Under the pieces are notes generated by a model. That model searched no databases, was not told where the DNA came from, and saw only the letters and a program-made list of their open reading frames with translations. From Bugula neritina (lineage: Eukaryota; Animalia; Bryozoa), in the NCBI GenBank assembly GCA_964035545.1, contig CAXIUT010000078.1, positions 1 through 64,000 on the forward strand: a stretch of DNA of 64,000 nucleotides. The letters are read 5' to 3'. Position 1 is the first letter of the stretch; each line of letters opens with the position of its first letter. A program made the position numbers and the translations under genes. Shown here in pieces: positions 41,224 to 56,009 of this stretch.

Positions 41224-43859
41224 TCATTCAATAGTGTCAACTATTAGCTATCCAGTATTCGTATTGTGGCAAACTTCTTCCATGTTGCATTTGTTAATCC
41301 AGAGTTTCATCTTTTTAATTAGTTGAGTTTTTTAATCTGCTTTTAGATTAAGGTAATTTCCAAAGTTGTTGAAACTCATGCGAATTTGTTTTTATTCCAA
41401 CTAAGGATGGTTAATATCAATTTTATCCTGTTATATCTGAATTACCTTATCTAGATCAAGTTTGTAAAGAGATATTGGCTAGAGAAACTCCACAGAACCA
41501 TATTTATTACTAACTTTTACTCCTTGAACTTTCTTTAGTTGAGAAATTGTCATGTTTTTAAGTCTATCAATTGAAGGAGAAATATCAAAACTACCTCTGT
41601 CAGGAAGTTCTTCAATAGTAGGCGTATAAATTTTTTTACTTTGTTCCTGAGAGGCTTTGTAGGCTTTGCTAATATTTTTGTAATGAACTTCTCCTAAAGG
41701 ATCTGCTTTTTTGGAAGGACTATAGGTACGTCTCAGTTTGAAGCTATCTTCATTCATATTTCCTGGTAAATGTGATCTTTCAGCATAGCTACGAGTATCA
41801 AGACTTTGAAAATCTCTGAGTTCTGCTTCTGAAAAGAGGGATTCTTTTTGAAGAGGTTTACTGGTCCATTTATTTTCACTTTCTTCTTTTAGGAAGTTAT
41901 CAAAAGGAGAAGAGCCTAGCATATCAGCTGCAGTATTGCTAGTATCATTATTTCCTTTATTAGCATTGTTATTGATAAGAATTTTACTAAGAGCTTAAAG
42001 GATTGGATTCGAATTTGAAGCAGGATTAGCTCCTTGATTCTGTGCTCCCAAAGTAGAATTTAAAAATAGCTGAGGTAGTAATAGCTGCATAGTTGGGTCC
42101 ATTTGTTGTTGAGGTTGTTGATATAATGGAGATATCATTTGAGAAAAAGTATTCAAGTTGAAAGGATTTGGAGTCATAGCTCCTTGAGTTCCAGGATTGG
42201 TTTGTTGTTGAAAATTTTGAGGGAATTGTGAGGGTGCTCCAGGAGTAGCTGGAGTATTGAAAAGAGATGGAGGAGCTTGTAAAGGAGCTTGCAAAGGAGC
42301 TGAAGTTCCAAAAAGAGATGGAGCTGCTGTTGGAGCCTGTCCACCTAAAGGAGATGCCTGAGTAGTGCCACCAAAAAGAGATGGAGCTTGTTGCTGTTGT
42401 TGTGGCTGTTGAGTTCCAAATAAGGAACTTTGTGGTTGTTGCTGTTGTCCATAGGGTGAAGCTGGTTGCGATGATCCTCCTCCAAAAAGTGAGTTTGGTT
42501 GATTGCTAACTTGACCAAAAAGATTTCCAGCTTGTTGTTGCTGAGGTTGAGTTGCTCCTCCTCCTAAAAGCGAAGCAGTTGGGTTGGTTTGACCGAAAAG
42601 AGAATTCTGAGTTGTGGGATTAGAACCTCCAAAAGAGAATTGCTCTGAGCTGGAGGTGTAGTATTGGATTTTAATCCTGTAAATAATCCAGCTCCTTGAG
42701 TACTAGTAGAAGGCTGAGTTCCTGCAAAGAGAGTGCTACCACTAGTAGTATTGGAAGTTGTTCCGAAAGAGGGGATAGAATTGAGAGGATTATTATTTGG
42801 CTTTTGGAAGTTTAATCCCTGTTGTTGTTGATTCATGCCTGGTTGAGTGACTCCTTGCTGATTGATAGCTGGTTGTTGACCTCCATTCTGAAGGAAAAGA
42901 ATTCTTAGTTCTTCTTTATTTGAACCTTGAAATTGTTCCAGAGCAGAAATACATTTTATAAGATGTTTTTGGTCAAGTTTAGAATTTTTACTACGAACTG
43001 GTTGGAATGTTTGCCCTGTAGTTGGTTGAGTTGTATTTGTTGGTATCCCCCAGCTAGTTCCTCCAAGCTTGTTATTATTCTGGGGATTAGTAGTTGCTTG
43101 GTTTCCAAAAAGAGGTGAGTTATTTTGTGGAGTACTAGAAGCAAAACTAGAGAATAGTCCTCCACTGCTTTGTGGATTTCCTGATGTTCCTTGAGCTTGA
43201 TAAGAATTAGTTGTTTTATTTCCGAAAATGCCAGCTCCTTGTTGCTGTTGTGGCTGTTGTTGACCTGTACTGAAAGGACTATTGCCTTGATTTTGTCCTC
43301 CCATAAAGCTTTGATTATTGGGAGTTGAAGTATTTCCTCCAAATATTCCTCCTGAGTTGTTTGGTTGAGTATTTGCTTGTTGTCCAAAGATTCCTGTACC
43401 TTGATTTTGTTGTCCGAATATATTGGATCCCTGAGGATTTTGTTGTTGATTGGTCACACCTGTAAAGGCATTTTGTGTTGGTTGAGAGCCTGAGAAGAGT
43501 CCACCTGTAGTGGAGTTATTCTGAGATCCTCCAAAAATTCCTCCTTGACTAGGCTGTGTGGGCGCGTTTCCGAGGACTATGCTTGTCTGAAGTAGATTAT
43601 TTTGAGGATTCCCTGTAAAAGCCTGGTTGTTAGAAGTTGCAGCTGTTCCAAATGGGCTGTTATTAGGTTGTTGTTGATTAGATTGCCCAAAAATTCCTCC
43701 TTGGTTGTTTTGAGTTTGAGTTTGATTTTGTCCAAATAGTCCAGAGCTAGCTTGACTGGTTGAAGTGAAAGCACTTTGTCCTCCATAGCCTTTGTTTTGC
43801 CCTTGAGAAAAGAGTCCTGCACCTTGGCTTGATCCGTAAGAACTTGAGCTGCTAAACAT
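41224..43859 (-). CDS. NUP98: Nup98-family FG nucleoporin
   Basis: GIFG/GLF/SLFG repeats in a Q/N-rich spacer, GLEBS motif CISALEQFQGSNKEELR, C-terminal Nucleoporin2 domain (VSNKYGSVEFLEPI); one homopolymer indel near 42630. Confidence 0.88.
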
Positions 43860-43969
43860 TATTTAATATTCAATATCACCCTGCCTTTTTAAATAAAAGG
43901 TATAATTCTCAAACAAACTGTCTAATTTTATCAAATTCAATATAAATAAATAGAGCTTAGTATTGAGAG

Positions 43970-44495
43970 ATGGGATGTAAACCGCCATCTCCAAGAAAAA
44001 GGATATTGATACCAAAAGGCAGGGATCTCAAAGATGAGGAATCTTAACACAAAAACTTCAAAGATAAAATGCATTCTGAAAAGATAAAATAAAATGTTTT
44101 ATCTAAAACATAGACTTCTATGGAAAAAACTGTCAATAAAAAATCAAACAAAGAGAGTAAAAAAGTTGTTCCATCTAAAGCTATTTTGTTTAACTCTGGA
44201 GTTTAAATAGAATAATTTTAGGATATTTAGATTAAGGAAGAAAGACGTAAATTTACAATGGAAGTCATGGACTACTGTCAAAAGTAACATTTTTAATCTA
44301 AATGATAGTTTATTTTCATCTATATCCAATATTTTATGCTTTAACATAAATTTTGAAGATAAAAAATCTATAAAAAATAATTTGATATTAAATATTGAAA
44401 GGATTATCAATAGTTATCTTCCTCTGAAAGAACAATTATTTATCCAGAACTGCTTACTAAAAAGAATTTATTCTCATAAAACTTTAATTCTTTGA
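43970..44495 (+). CDS. Hypothetical protein
   Basis: ATG 43970 with a coding-like frame; structure and end uncertain. Confidence 0.35.
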
Positions 44496-47400
44496 TCCTT
44501 TATGAGGCAGCTATAAATCTCTAACTTACTTTAAGAAAGGCAATTCCAATATCTTCAAACGATTTTATTAAGCAAGACCAAGGAAATCTATGAAGTTATG
44601 AGTGAATTTGACAGGAGGACAAAAAAATTTGGTCTACCTAGAAGCTAATAACTGCCCATTACCACTATATACCAAGATTTATAAAGCAGTGCTGATTACT
44701 AAACTGAAAAGTGGGTCAGTAGTTATGAGACAGTGTAAAGCTTTTCCTGATAATTCTATTGATCGAATCATCTTGACTCCTCTCATCTTGAACTTGTCAT
44801 AGATATAGTTAAGAGATCTATTGGCCCTAATGAGTGTCACTAAGCACCCACTAAGGATACAAAAGAATCCTCCTCCCTCAGTGATGGAAGTGATAGGTGC
44901 CATGTAATATTCAGATGCTATTTTTATAAGAGAAACATTTTATTTCTATCCATAAACTATCTAATAGACCTAAAGAAGGCCGTTAGAGCAACCTACAAGA
45001 AGAAGATTTTCTTGATCATTGACAAGTAAACATAGTTTGGAAGGTCCTTTTTTTTATTATATTTTTTTTGCTTAAGGGAGTGCAAAGATAAGTATATCTC
45101 CGTTTATATAAGAGGCTACAGCTAGATACTTATTTTATCCAAAAATAACAACTCTGTTAAGGAACTAGCCATCTTACAGGAAGTAAAATATTTTATTTGC
45201 TGTTGTTTCTCAGCACTCGAATCTCCTTCTATCCGGTTTATGATCCATCATACTTGTAGTGTAGTAGATTATAGTTGTAGAAGAGAGTGATTTTTTACTA
45301 ATAAACATTGAGAATTGTGATTATTGTATCAGTTTTAATAGAAAATACTTGGTTAACAATCTTAAAGTCTAGAGTATTTTTTTTGTTTTTAGATCTGTTT
45401 CCATGAGGTTTAGTCCAGAGCTGAGATGGAGTTTGTCCGAAATGCATTATTTGGGCTTCTTTGCTAATTCGAGTTTGTTCATCTGTTATATCTTTGAGCT
45501 AAATAGCATCTTAGTAAGTAAGATAGAAGAAAGAATTTAGATTTTCCTATGCAAGTTATCCTCTTTGTTTATATCCAAAAATAAGATCTATCCATTATCC
45601 TAAGTATTCATTGGCATAATCAGACTCAAGTTCTTTTCTCTGTTTGACAATAAACTAGTATGCATTAGAAGCCCAAGGAGGAAGTTGAACATTATGAATC
45701 CTTTGTTTTTTTTGTGTTAATCCAAAGTCATTTTGGTAATATTTAGTAAGAACTCAGGCAAATAATAGAACTATGGAGTTAGTTATCGAACGTCTGATAC
45801 TTCACTCGTAATACTTTTCCAACAAAGTTAAAGGGAAGAAAATAGTCGATCTGGAAGATCAAACTTACCTCCTTGAAGGGTTCTGCTGGCTTAGGTGTAA
45901 GGTTTTAATCTTAACATGAAGTTAAAAACTACTCCTGGTGAACTATAGTGAGTACCATACTGATAGGGAGGGACTGGATCGAAGGGATCACAATTGAGCA
46001 TCTTTGACCTGAAAAATTCGACTCTTTCAGCATTACCCTAAATAAAAAAAAGCATACTAATGCTCCTACAGTTTTAGAGAGGTCTCTATATTGGTATTGA
46101 GAAGAATTATAGCAATTAATCAGCCAGGGAAAGACTGGGAAGTTGGCTGGATCAAGATAAGATCTACCAGCTTCTTTATTAACAATCATAAGATACTGAA
46201 AATTGCTGATAGAATGATTACGCCATAGAGCAGTTGCTTCTTCAAGTTTAGCTTGAGAATTGAGAATGATTTTTTTGCTATAAAAATAAATTTGGTTTAA
46301 TTTTGCAATATTTCCTTTTTCTGGTTTGTACTGTTTGGTTTAAAGTAGTTCTAGGAACTATTATTTATCTTAATTAGGAAACTGGAAAACTAGACTAGTT
46401 CCATCTTCAAATTAAATCAGAAGACATTCCCTTTTGGCGAGATATCTTCTTTCCATGATATTAGATATTTCTACTAAAGGCCAGTATTTTCACTGGTTTA
46501 TATTCTGCCAGAATGAATGAAGTGAAATCTAAGTGAGAATCTTTCTGGAAAGTTGAAATATATTTAAATCTATAAAAATAAATATTTACTTTAGCTTTTA
46601 ATTTTCAATAAAGAGGTGTCCTCTCCTTTTAGAATTGTGCTTGATCCAGGTGACATAGAAGGCTCTTCCTTGATCTTGAGTGTTGATCAATTTTTACAAG
46701 AAAGATTTTTATTTCTTTTTCAGTTAAGTTTATTCGTGCATGTGGTAGAGATATTTGGAGTTGCGATATTAGAATTATTTTTCCATGAGAACCTTTTTAA
46801 CATGCCAGGGTTCAATATGTTATACTTCGAGAACTGGTCTGACCTGATTTTTATCCATAAACTTACTGAATTTATGTCTGTAAGGGAGAGATGATTTTTT
46901 TTAGAAAGGAAGTTACATAGTTTATCTCTGGTTCATGGATACTGACCAAAAGTAGTGATAAAGTCTTAATCTTTTCCATATCTTGATCCAAATTCTTTGA
47001 GTTTTTCTGTAATTGATATTGTTTGTCCTTAAATGTTCTGAAATAAATATTTTTTTAAATTAATGACTATTGAAGAAACAAGACTCACTTATTTTACTTG
47101 ATTTTAATTTTTTTGATTTTTCAAAGAGTTACTCAACTTAGTTAGTGACTATTTGTTGATTAGATTGATGATTTTTGATTGTCTGTGATATTTTTGTTTC
47201 AAGAGAAAAAATTAAATTATTCTTAAAGTAACCAGTTATTCTAGGATGTTTTAGAACTTATGCCACCTTCTATTTTGAATTCTCAGGCAGGTTTAGTAAG
47301 TCTTCAAGAGTAAATACTTCTTTGAGAACTTAGAAAATAAAGAAATTATATTATTAGACGTTCTTGAAAGCAGCTGCTTTTTGGATACTTTTTTCAAAAC

Positions 47401-50400
47401 TTAAGGTCGACCAAGCTTATCACAAAGAGAGTGAACTAATAGTCCAATAAAAACAAAAATCTGACTCAAGGTTTTTTCAATTAAATATGAAAACTATGGC
47501 TAACTGGTTTGGAGCATGTTATAGAGAAAATGCAGAAGGTTTCTAGTGATGCTGATGGGAAGAGCCTGTTTACGTTAGTTGTGATTTTCCTGTTTTAAGC
47601 CATCTCGGCTACTAAGTAGAAGAAACCATAAAAAAAAGTTTAAAAGGATTTGTAGGGTTTACTCAAGAAGGATTTTATTATTGCTTAGGATGCAAGATTA
47701 GATGACCAGAGAAAGGAGGATGGTGATAATTTATCCTGTGAAAGTTTTTCTTTATTTTTTTATATTTAGAAGAGATTGAACTATATTTCAATGAGAAATA
47801 GAAGTCTGTTTTTATAGAGTTCTGAGTTAGACTTTGTATATTCAAGATCAAAATAGGCATTAATGATTTTAATTGTCTGGGCATGAGATTTAAGCAAATC
47901 AAGGTCTGATACTTTGAAGCAATTTACTGCTTATAGGATTAGTTTAGCATCTGAAAATACTTTATTGCTTTTATTTTTGTTTTTGATGTTAGCAATTGGA
48001 TCTAGTAAATTGCTCATAGACTATGAAGAGATGTATTATCCAATTGAGAGATATTTTTGTAGTGAATTGAAATACTGGAAGAATGGATATTGTTCTGGAA
48101 GTTGATTGTTGAAGACTGTTAGATTAACTAAGAAGATAAGGTTTGATATATTAAACATGTTTTTTTCAGTTAGTTTAAGAACCCTAAGGATGAATTTATG
48201 ATCTACTGCTTTGACGGCTTGGTTAATGTGAGTAGAAGAGTGTTGAGAGGTTAAAAGAGGATCTTTTTGGTTTTGTTGCATAATGCTGCTGAGTCTCAGT
48301 AGATAGCTGTACAAATGGGTCCAATTTTAGCGCATATTGATAATTGTATAATCAACAATGAAGATAATGTTTATTATAATGTCGTTATTTCCATCTAGAG
48401 AAACTTCTTCTCTGGACTTTAGAGGGTACTTCACCTTATCTTCATATTTTTATTTTTAACTATCAGATTCAATAATTGATAGTTATTTGAGGATGAATTC
48501 AGTTAGTAACAGTTTATAAAGTTTATCGAAATGATTTGGGTAATGAGGTCCTAATTATTTTCTATGGAAAGCAAAGACTACTGTGTTACGAATCATACTG
48601 ACAATATTTTTCTAAATTCAGAGCAACATTGTCTGAAGTAAGGTTCCAAGATCAAGCAATAGTCATCATGTCTCAACAACCATTCTTGATCCTTCTGATC
48701 GAAATCAAAACATAAACGAGTTATCACTTAATAGAGTTATTTATTAGAGGAAAGAGGAAAATTTCTTTTTTATTTTGATTAGTATTTATTTATTTTGAAG
48801 GAATTAATCAGTTTAAATTTATCTATAGGCATTTTAGATTTTGAATTTTTTGGTGATAAACTTCTACCTATTTTGGTTTTTTTTTATTGTTTTTTGTTCA
48901 TAGTATTCTTTTGATCGAGTAAGTAGGTTCTTTAAAAGGTTTATGCTATTTTATGGATGTTATTTTGTTCTAGTTCGATTGATTACTTGTCAAACTACTG
49001 GCAGGACATCAAAATTTCTATTAAATGTACTAATTATTCAGGAAGAAAAGTTCCTTATAGATATAGATAAATGTAAGGAAGGAAATTTAGTTGGTTTAGA
49101 TAGTAATGACAGTTTACTTTTATACCTTTACTTAAACTTTAAAGTAGAAATAATTTTAAACAACAAGAGTAATTGCTCAATAATAAGTCCATAACTTTCG
49201 TATTTAAGGAGCGAAAACAGGGGTATTTGGGTAATTGTTAAAAGACTAGTTTTAATATACTTTTTATATGAATTTCTTGATGAAGATAATTATTGTTTAT
49301 TTTGGATTTACTATTTTATTAAATTTTACTATTGTACTTTTTTAGATTGTCTTAATTATCACTAGATCTGTTGATATTATTTTAGGAATTAAAGTGATGA
49401 TGACAACATAACTCTGAGTATTATGGTTCGAAATTATCAATAAAGTAGTGAAAGAGATCATCAAGAGTAATAAGATTGTAAGACCATTAAAAATTTATTT
49501 TAAAATATTATTCAATTATTTAAAGGATACCTTTTACTGCTGTTTGATCTTTTATTTTACCAGTATTAATTTTAAGAATAAAATTTACTAAAATTATCTT
49601 TTAAGTATTCTGTTGCTTATTATAAGATGGATTTCTCTAATTATTTATACTACTTCTTGGTTGATATAGGCTGGATTGATTTCATTGATAAGTTGACTAG
49701 CTATGCTAAAAAATTGACAGTTGATAGCTTAAACTTCAACATTTCCAAACCCTTATTTAAAAAATATGAGATATAGTTTAAAGATATCGATGAGAGCTGA
49801 AGGATATTGTTCATAATTATAGAATTTGAGGAGATGAATAAAGGGAAGATAAGTGTATAATCCTCCATAATAGTTGATATCTACTTCTTGAAAGGGGTTT
49901 GAATAAATACCTATGTTATCCAACATTTAAGCATGATTTTGGCTTGAAATATCATAGATCATATCTTTGTTATTTCTTTTGGTTTTTAAAATTGGACTGT
50001 ATAGGACAAAGAGATCTCTGATATTTTTCTTGTTGATGATAAGAAATGATTCGATGTGACTCCATTTATTCATCACCATCTTATTGCTATATCAAGGAAA
50101 AAGTACAACAAGAATATTTCACTACGACTCAGCACAAAACAATGAAGTCGACCATAGAAGTAGTTGGCTATAGTCAGCTATGCCAACTCGTCTGTCATGC
50201 TGATTGAAGGCAAAGGCAGATCTTTGAATTTATATTATATTCCATTAATAGTACAAGTAAGTTAATAGTGATTTCTTAGGAGTTTTTGTATTTGAATATA
50301 GCTAAGAGAAAAAGTGATCCACTTTTTACAGGGAAGTTTGCAGATGGTTAAGAGATCAGGACTGGAGTAGACTTTGATTTTTAGTTCTGCTTAGGAAGTA

Positions 50401-51121
50401 ATTAGAAGTAAAAAATCATCTTTCTGGGTGGAAAGAGTGAATAAATTCATTTATTCTTGAAGAAATTGTTCGATATATAGTTTGAAATTGAGGTGAAATC
50501 CTTTCATGAAGGGCCATTTCATTCTTTTTGTTTTCATTCTGAGTCCTCCTTCTTCTCCATAAGTTATAAAATAGTGATGAGGTTCATTTTATCGACATTT
50601 TTGATGACTAAACAATACTCTAAGCAATCCAAGTGACATCATAAGGCTTCTTTCGATTATTTTTTAATGATAGAATTATTTTATGAGATTGGAAAGAATC
50701 TTTTTAATAATTGTACAGTTGATAGGATAGAGTAAGATGAAGGGGACTAATAATTAGCATATTGAGTTTACTTCATTTGTTTAAATTTTAAGAGCGAGAA
50801 GAAATTCAATTAAACTATCGAGGATGCATTGATTATATTCGATTATTTATTGATCTCTTTTGGCTAAAATCAAGGAATTAAATTCATTGCTTTTAAAAAG
50901 GTTACTGATGGTTGTATAAGCTGTTATCTAAATTAATTTTCAAGTACTTTGAGTTTAATAGGTTATTTTTCAATAGTTTTCAACAGTATTTTTATTATTT
51001 CTGGGTTGACAAGGAGGTTAAGAGAGTGATTAAGATCTGAGTCTTTAGTATCTGCGAACGTATAAAGTTTCTAAATGATTTTAAGATAGTCAAAGGGCAG
51101 TCTTTAACTCTATTATTCCAT
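44474..51121 (-). CDS. BEACH-domain protein (PH-BEACH-WD40, neurobeachin/LRBA-like)
   Basis: ISNFQYLM..N..AGRSY.D...FPVFPW, YRDLSK, YGTHYSSPG, GGKFDLPDRLF, DVRELTPEFY, LPPWA, WIDLIFGYKQRG; 20-nt intron 46038-46057; N-terminal extent less certain. Confidence 0.85.
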
Positions 51122-51281
51122 TTCAATTATAATAAATATCCCTTTCAAATTAAGATATAAAATATTTAAATATCTAAAAAAGATTTAACTACTTAGTCAA
51201 TTCAATTTTTTAAAAATTATGAAATATAAGAATATAGATTAATATCTATTAAAATTATTTATAAAACTATTGAAAAGAATC

Positions 51282-53681
51282 TCATTAAAAATCATTTTAA
51301 AATTATAGAGTAAATACACGATCAAATATCGAAATATTATTATTTTGCTTTTTAGAGCATCTTTTTGTTCTTCTTTAAATCTATATTGATAATCTTTTTC
51401 TCAGCTTAATACTTCTTCAAAAAAAGATCCTTCCCTTTTTTAACTTATTATTTCCCTATCTTCGGTAAGTTCATTTGCGATATCTTCTCTAAATAAATAG
51501 AATGGCGTCTGTCAGTTACTTTTGTGTACTCTACAAATAACTCATAGCTTTTAAAAGATAATTCACTCTTTACTGTATCTATTTTAATTTTTTTGAGTAA
51601 CTCTTCTGGTTTTTCTTTGGTAAAAGTAAAAGATTTGCAGTTTGTAACATGTTCTTTCTCAACTCTCAAAAAGTTCCAAATGCATCTTCTCAGTATTTAG
51701 AGTAATCCAGTTACAAAAGGTAAGAATGTAGACTTAGGAATAAGTTCTATTACTGAGGGACTAATGGTTAGAGTCCATGAACATCTTAAGATTAAGTTGA
51801 CAACCATTACTGCATAGTATATTAGAGGGCTTTTATAACAGAGAGTATTTCTGAGGAAAGGATACTTGGAATTTTTCTCAAGTAAACCCCAATCATTTTT
51901 CTAAGTTAACAAAAAATTACTAAGTCCCAATAGTAGGAATAAAAAGTACTTATAACACTGCTTAAAATAAAAGGTATGAATAGATATTTATGCAAAGAAT
52001 CAAATGAACTCATAAAACTGAGAGAAGAAGTTACCACTGAAGAAAAGTACTTGAAAAAGTTCCACATCTGAAGATGACCTATAAACTTTCCTGTTTCTGA
52101 CTGTCTAGCCTGAGTAAAGCATTGCACCATTCGTAGCAAAAGAGGAATAATTGCTGCCACATAGCCAATGATAATACCATCAATTGAACCAGCTTTTAGA
52201 CAATTTTAAGCATCTTCAACTGTGAAATCTGAAGTATAAAAACAAACAGTATAAGCGAAATCTTTGATTGGAGTGACAAAAGAGACAGCTTGATCAGTGG
52301 CAAAGCTGAGGACAAAGCTCATTTTGACACAGCAACTGAGGAATATCATCCTTAGCATATCATAGAAGTATTATCTACCCTTTGAATTAAAAAATTATCT
52401 ACTAGGGAAAAAGATATAGCTAAAATAAATACTCCAAACTACTAAAGGAGTATATTAAATAGGTAGAGATAGCTATTGGTCTTGATTGACATCGAGACCA
52501 ATCAGATAAATGAAAAGCATGAGACAAAAGAAGAGAGAAAAGAAGGAAGCTCTTTTCATGATCTGGAAAGGAGTAGAGTAGTGAGACCCATAGTCAAGGA
52601 TGGTTCTGAAGTTAATTTTGAATTTAAGAAAGCCATAAGTGTTCCAAGCCATTCCCCACATGTAAAGAATGAAAAGCCCTATTCCTCTGAACATTGGGAA
52701 AATATATATCATTGAGTCAATATGAGATTCATCTTCTTTGTCAAAGTTCATTATATTCAGAAAAAGTATCAACAACAGAGTTCCCAGTACGATGACTCCC
52801 AGACCAACGTAGAGTCCCAACAAAAAGAAGTTTTTATTAGAGACTTTTTTTTCTTCTGATGATCTGACAAACTTATTCAAGTTTGAGTGCGAATGTTCAT
52901 TGCAATATATTGGAGAGTAGAATAATTTTTAAGATTCTTCTTTAATTGTTTTCAGATAGTGCATTAGTTCATCAAGATTTTATTCACTTGCTTGATCAAA
53001 TATTTCAGACTGAGTGAGATTGGCTAGTAGAAGGTTTTATTATTCTTCAATTTTAATTATACTCTATTTAAGGATATTTTGATTTTATTTAATTATGTCT
53101 TGACTCTTTTTATTGACTGGTTATTTATTTTATGTTTTCTTTAAAAGAGGAATTGCGTATTTATTTTAAACTTATTGGAAAGTTTTTTTGAGTCTGAGAT
53201 TTAAAAGGATGAATTTCTCTAGACAAATCGTGTTGGCATATACCATTTTTATTAAAGTTTTAGTTTAATGTTTTTTCTGATAATTTTAATGTTGCAAGTC
53301 TTCCTCCATTTCATGTTAGATTGTTAGATTAACAATTTATCTCCAGATGTAAATGATTTCATTGACTTTCCAAATCAAAAATAAGTTTATTTTTTATGAT
53401 CCTTCTTGATTAATATCTTTCAGGTAATCTAGATTAGTTTGTATTTGTTGTTAGAGTTAAGGTTGAATATCTTTAACTTAGATGATGATTTGTTAATTTT
53501 TAAAGTACTAATAGTGACTATAGTCATATACTTTTTTGAGGAAGTAAAGAGTATATTAGACATCTTCATAATCAATATATGCTCCTCGCCATTCCGATAT
53601 TATTTCTCTTTAATAAGTTTACTTAATTTATTTGAGTTTGGTTTTCTATTTATCCAGATCAAGTTTACTTTGTTTATTCAT
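51282..53681 (-). CDS. SPX-EXS phosphate exporter family protein (XPR1/PHO1/SYG1-like)
   Basis: SPX EWRGAYIDY; EXS motifs DQAVS, R.VQC, N..KY, YSYYWDL.NDWGL, RRCIWNFLRVEKEH; 20-nt intron 51901-51920. Confidence 0.9.
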
Positions 53682-53883
53682 AATTAATTGAAATAAAATA
53701 GTGAAAAAATCAAAAAATAGGTTATTTAAGGAAGAATTGATCTTGATAAAAGAAACAATTAAAGATATTTATTCTTTAAGATCAATATTTTATATTTTAT
53801 ATTTAAGGTAATATTTTATTAGATAGTAATTATGATCTAGTTGAAATTTAGGTATAAGTCTAGCTTTACTATAATTTAGATAG

Positions 53884-55709
53884 ATGAAGAAAAGTACACC
53901 AGTGGGATCTATTTTCCTGGAAAAGTATATTAACAAAAGGAAGCTAGGAAAGGGAGCCTTTGGAGATGTCTTTCTTGTGGAGAATCCTGAAAAATAGCTC
54001 ATGGCTCTCAAAATGATTGACAAACAAAAAATGTCAGGATAAAACTAAGATATGATGGAGTATCTCAAAGGTTAAGTCAAGTGTATGAAAGATATGAATC
54101 ACAAACATCTTGTCAAACTCTTCAATATGGAATAAGATGAAAATTATTACTACATGTTTCTGGAATATTGCGAAGGAGGAGATCTGGTAAATCTTCAAGC
54201 TACTTGTCCTAACAAGGTCTTTCAAATTGAAACAGCAACTAAATTATTGAGTCAAGTCATACTTGGACTTGAGGTTCTACACAAGTAAGGCTATCTCCAT
54301 AGAGACATTAAAAGTCAAAATATTTTGATAACTACCTAAAATGGAGAAAAGGTATTTTTTTATTGAAGTAGATATGCAAAGTAGCAGACTTTGGTTTTGC
54401 CAAGAGAGCTACTAATCTGACTGGAACTGTTCTCGGTACTTAAAACTATATGAGTCCCTAAATTTATAAATGTGGTCTTGAAGGCACAGAAGAAGAAGAT
54501 GGCATATATGGGTATTAAGCAGATATGTGGTCTTTTGGAGTACTATTCTTTTACATGCTCAACATGAGTTTCCCTTTCTGTAATTAGAAATTAATTTTAG
54601 AGTTAAATCCTTTTTGGTCTCTTGAAGAAAAATATAAGGAACTTTATAAACAAGCTGAAAACTTTAGTTACAGAAAAACAATTATGAAGACTCGTAAAAA
54701 AATAGAAGAAAACTGTACTGATTAAATCGAAGATTTATTCAAGAAAATGTTTAATGTCAAGGCAGAAAAGAGAATTAATTTTTCAGAGATTAGACAACAT
54801 CCTGTATTTTAAAAATATTTCCCTAAAGCAAGTGAAGTATCTAGGATCCTGTACCAAACAAAATTTAAGAGCAGTCGTTTTAAAAAAGTTTAAAATAAAT
54901 TGAAAGAAAAGCTTAGTAAATTTCAAAAAAAAGATAGTTTGGGTATGTCATATATCAGTGCTATTGATGAAGAGGTAGATTTTATCAAGGAAAAAGAAAT
55001 AGTGAGGTCTGAGTATGAAGAAATTCGCTTTCTATGGTATATGGTGGAAGATATCAGTCTTTATTAAAAAAGGATTGGATCGACCAAAAGCATTATGTTT
55101 GCTTTTAGTTTGATTCAATACTACATTTATCTGTTGAAAAAATGGATTTCCTAATTAGGACCTATTTCATATTGTAAAAAACATAAATATATATAAGATC
55201 TTTCATGGAAAAGCTATTTTAATAGTCCTGATTTTAAGATGTAAGAAAAAAGATATGCTAATGAATTAATTATATCGCAAATGAAACTGGAAGGCATAAG
55301 AAAAAAATGTGGATATAAACTTAAATAAATTGCTAAAATCAACAAATAATTTGAAGATTCCTTTTAATAAACTAAGTAAACTGATGAACTCAGTTAGAAA
55401 TTTTTCATTTCATATCGAAAATCAACCAATATTCTTTATTCTACTCTGAGAGAGGAGTATAAAGTAGAGAAAACGAAGGAATTTTACTATTACTTATGTG
55501 CTATATGCATTTGTCATGTTTTTGATGAGTTTTATGAAAACCAGAAGCTGAAAGGAAAAATTTTTAAGGAGTATATTATTGAACAAGAAAAGGAAGTAAT
55601 ATATGGTACATTTTCGTATGAAAAGTTTGTTTATTACTTGAAGAATAGTGAGAAGACCGTCTTGGTTAAGCAGGCCAACGAAATAATTCAAAAAGTTATG
55701 ACATAGTGA
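53884..55709 (+). CDS. Ser/Thr kinase, tandem paralog A
   Basis: GKGAFG, HRDIKSQN, DFG, DMWSFG; introns 54352-54371 and 54580-54600. Confidence 0.9.
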
Positions 55710-55797
55710 TACATTCGTTATTGAAATAAAATAAATATCATTATATTTATTCATATAATATAGAATAATTTACGTTTAAGTTAATTTTGATTCTTAT

Positions 55798-55879
55798 GGG
55801 GTTGGGGTTGGGGTTGGGGTTGGGGTTGGGGTTGGGGTTGGGGTTGGGGGTTGGGGTTGGGGTTGGGGTTGGGGTTGGG
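55798..55879 (+). repeat. Internal (GGGGTT)n telomeric tract 3
   Basis: 82 nt of G4T2 between two paralogous kinase genes. Confidence 0.97.
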
Positions 55880-56009
55880 AATGATATTTAGAGATAGTGT
55901 CTAAGATGATCAAAAATTCAAAAAATTATTAAATATTGAGTTTAAAATAATAAGTTTAGCTAAGCTTAATATTCGCTAAACTATGATTATAATTATATCT
56001 TACATCAAC

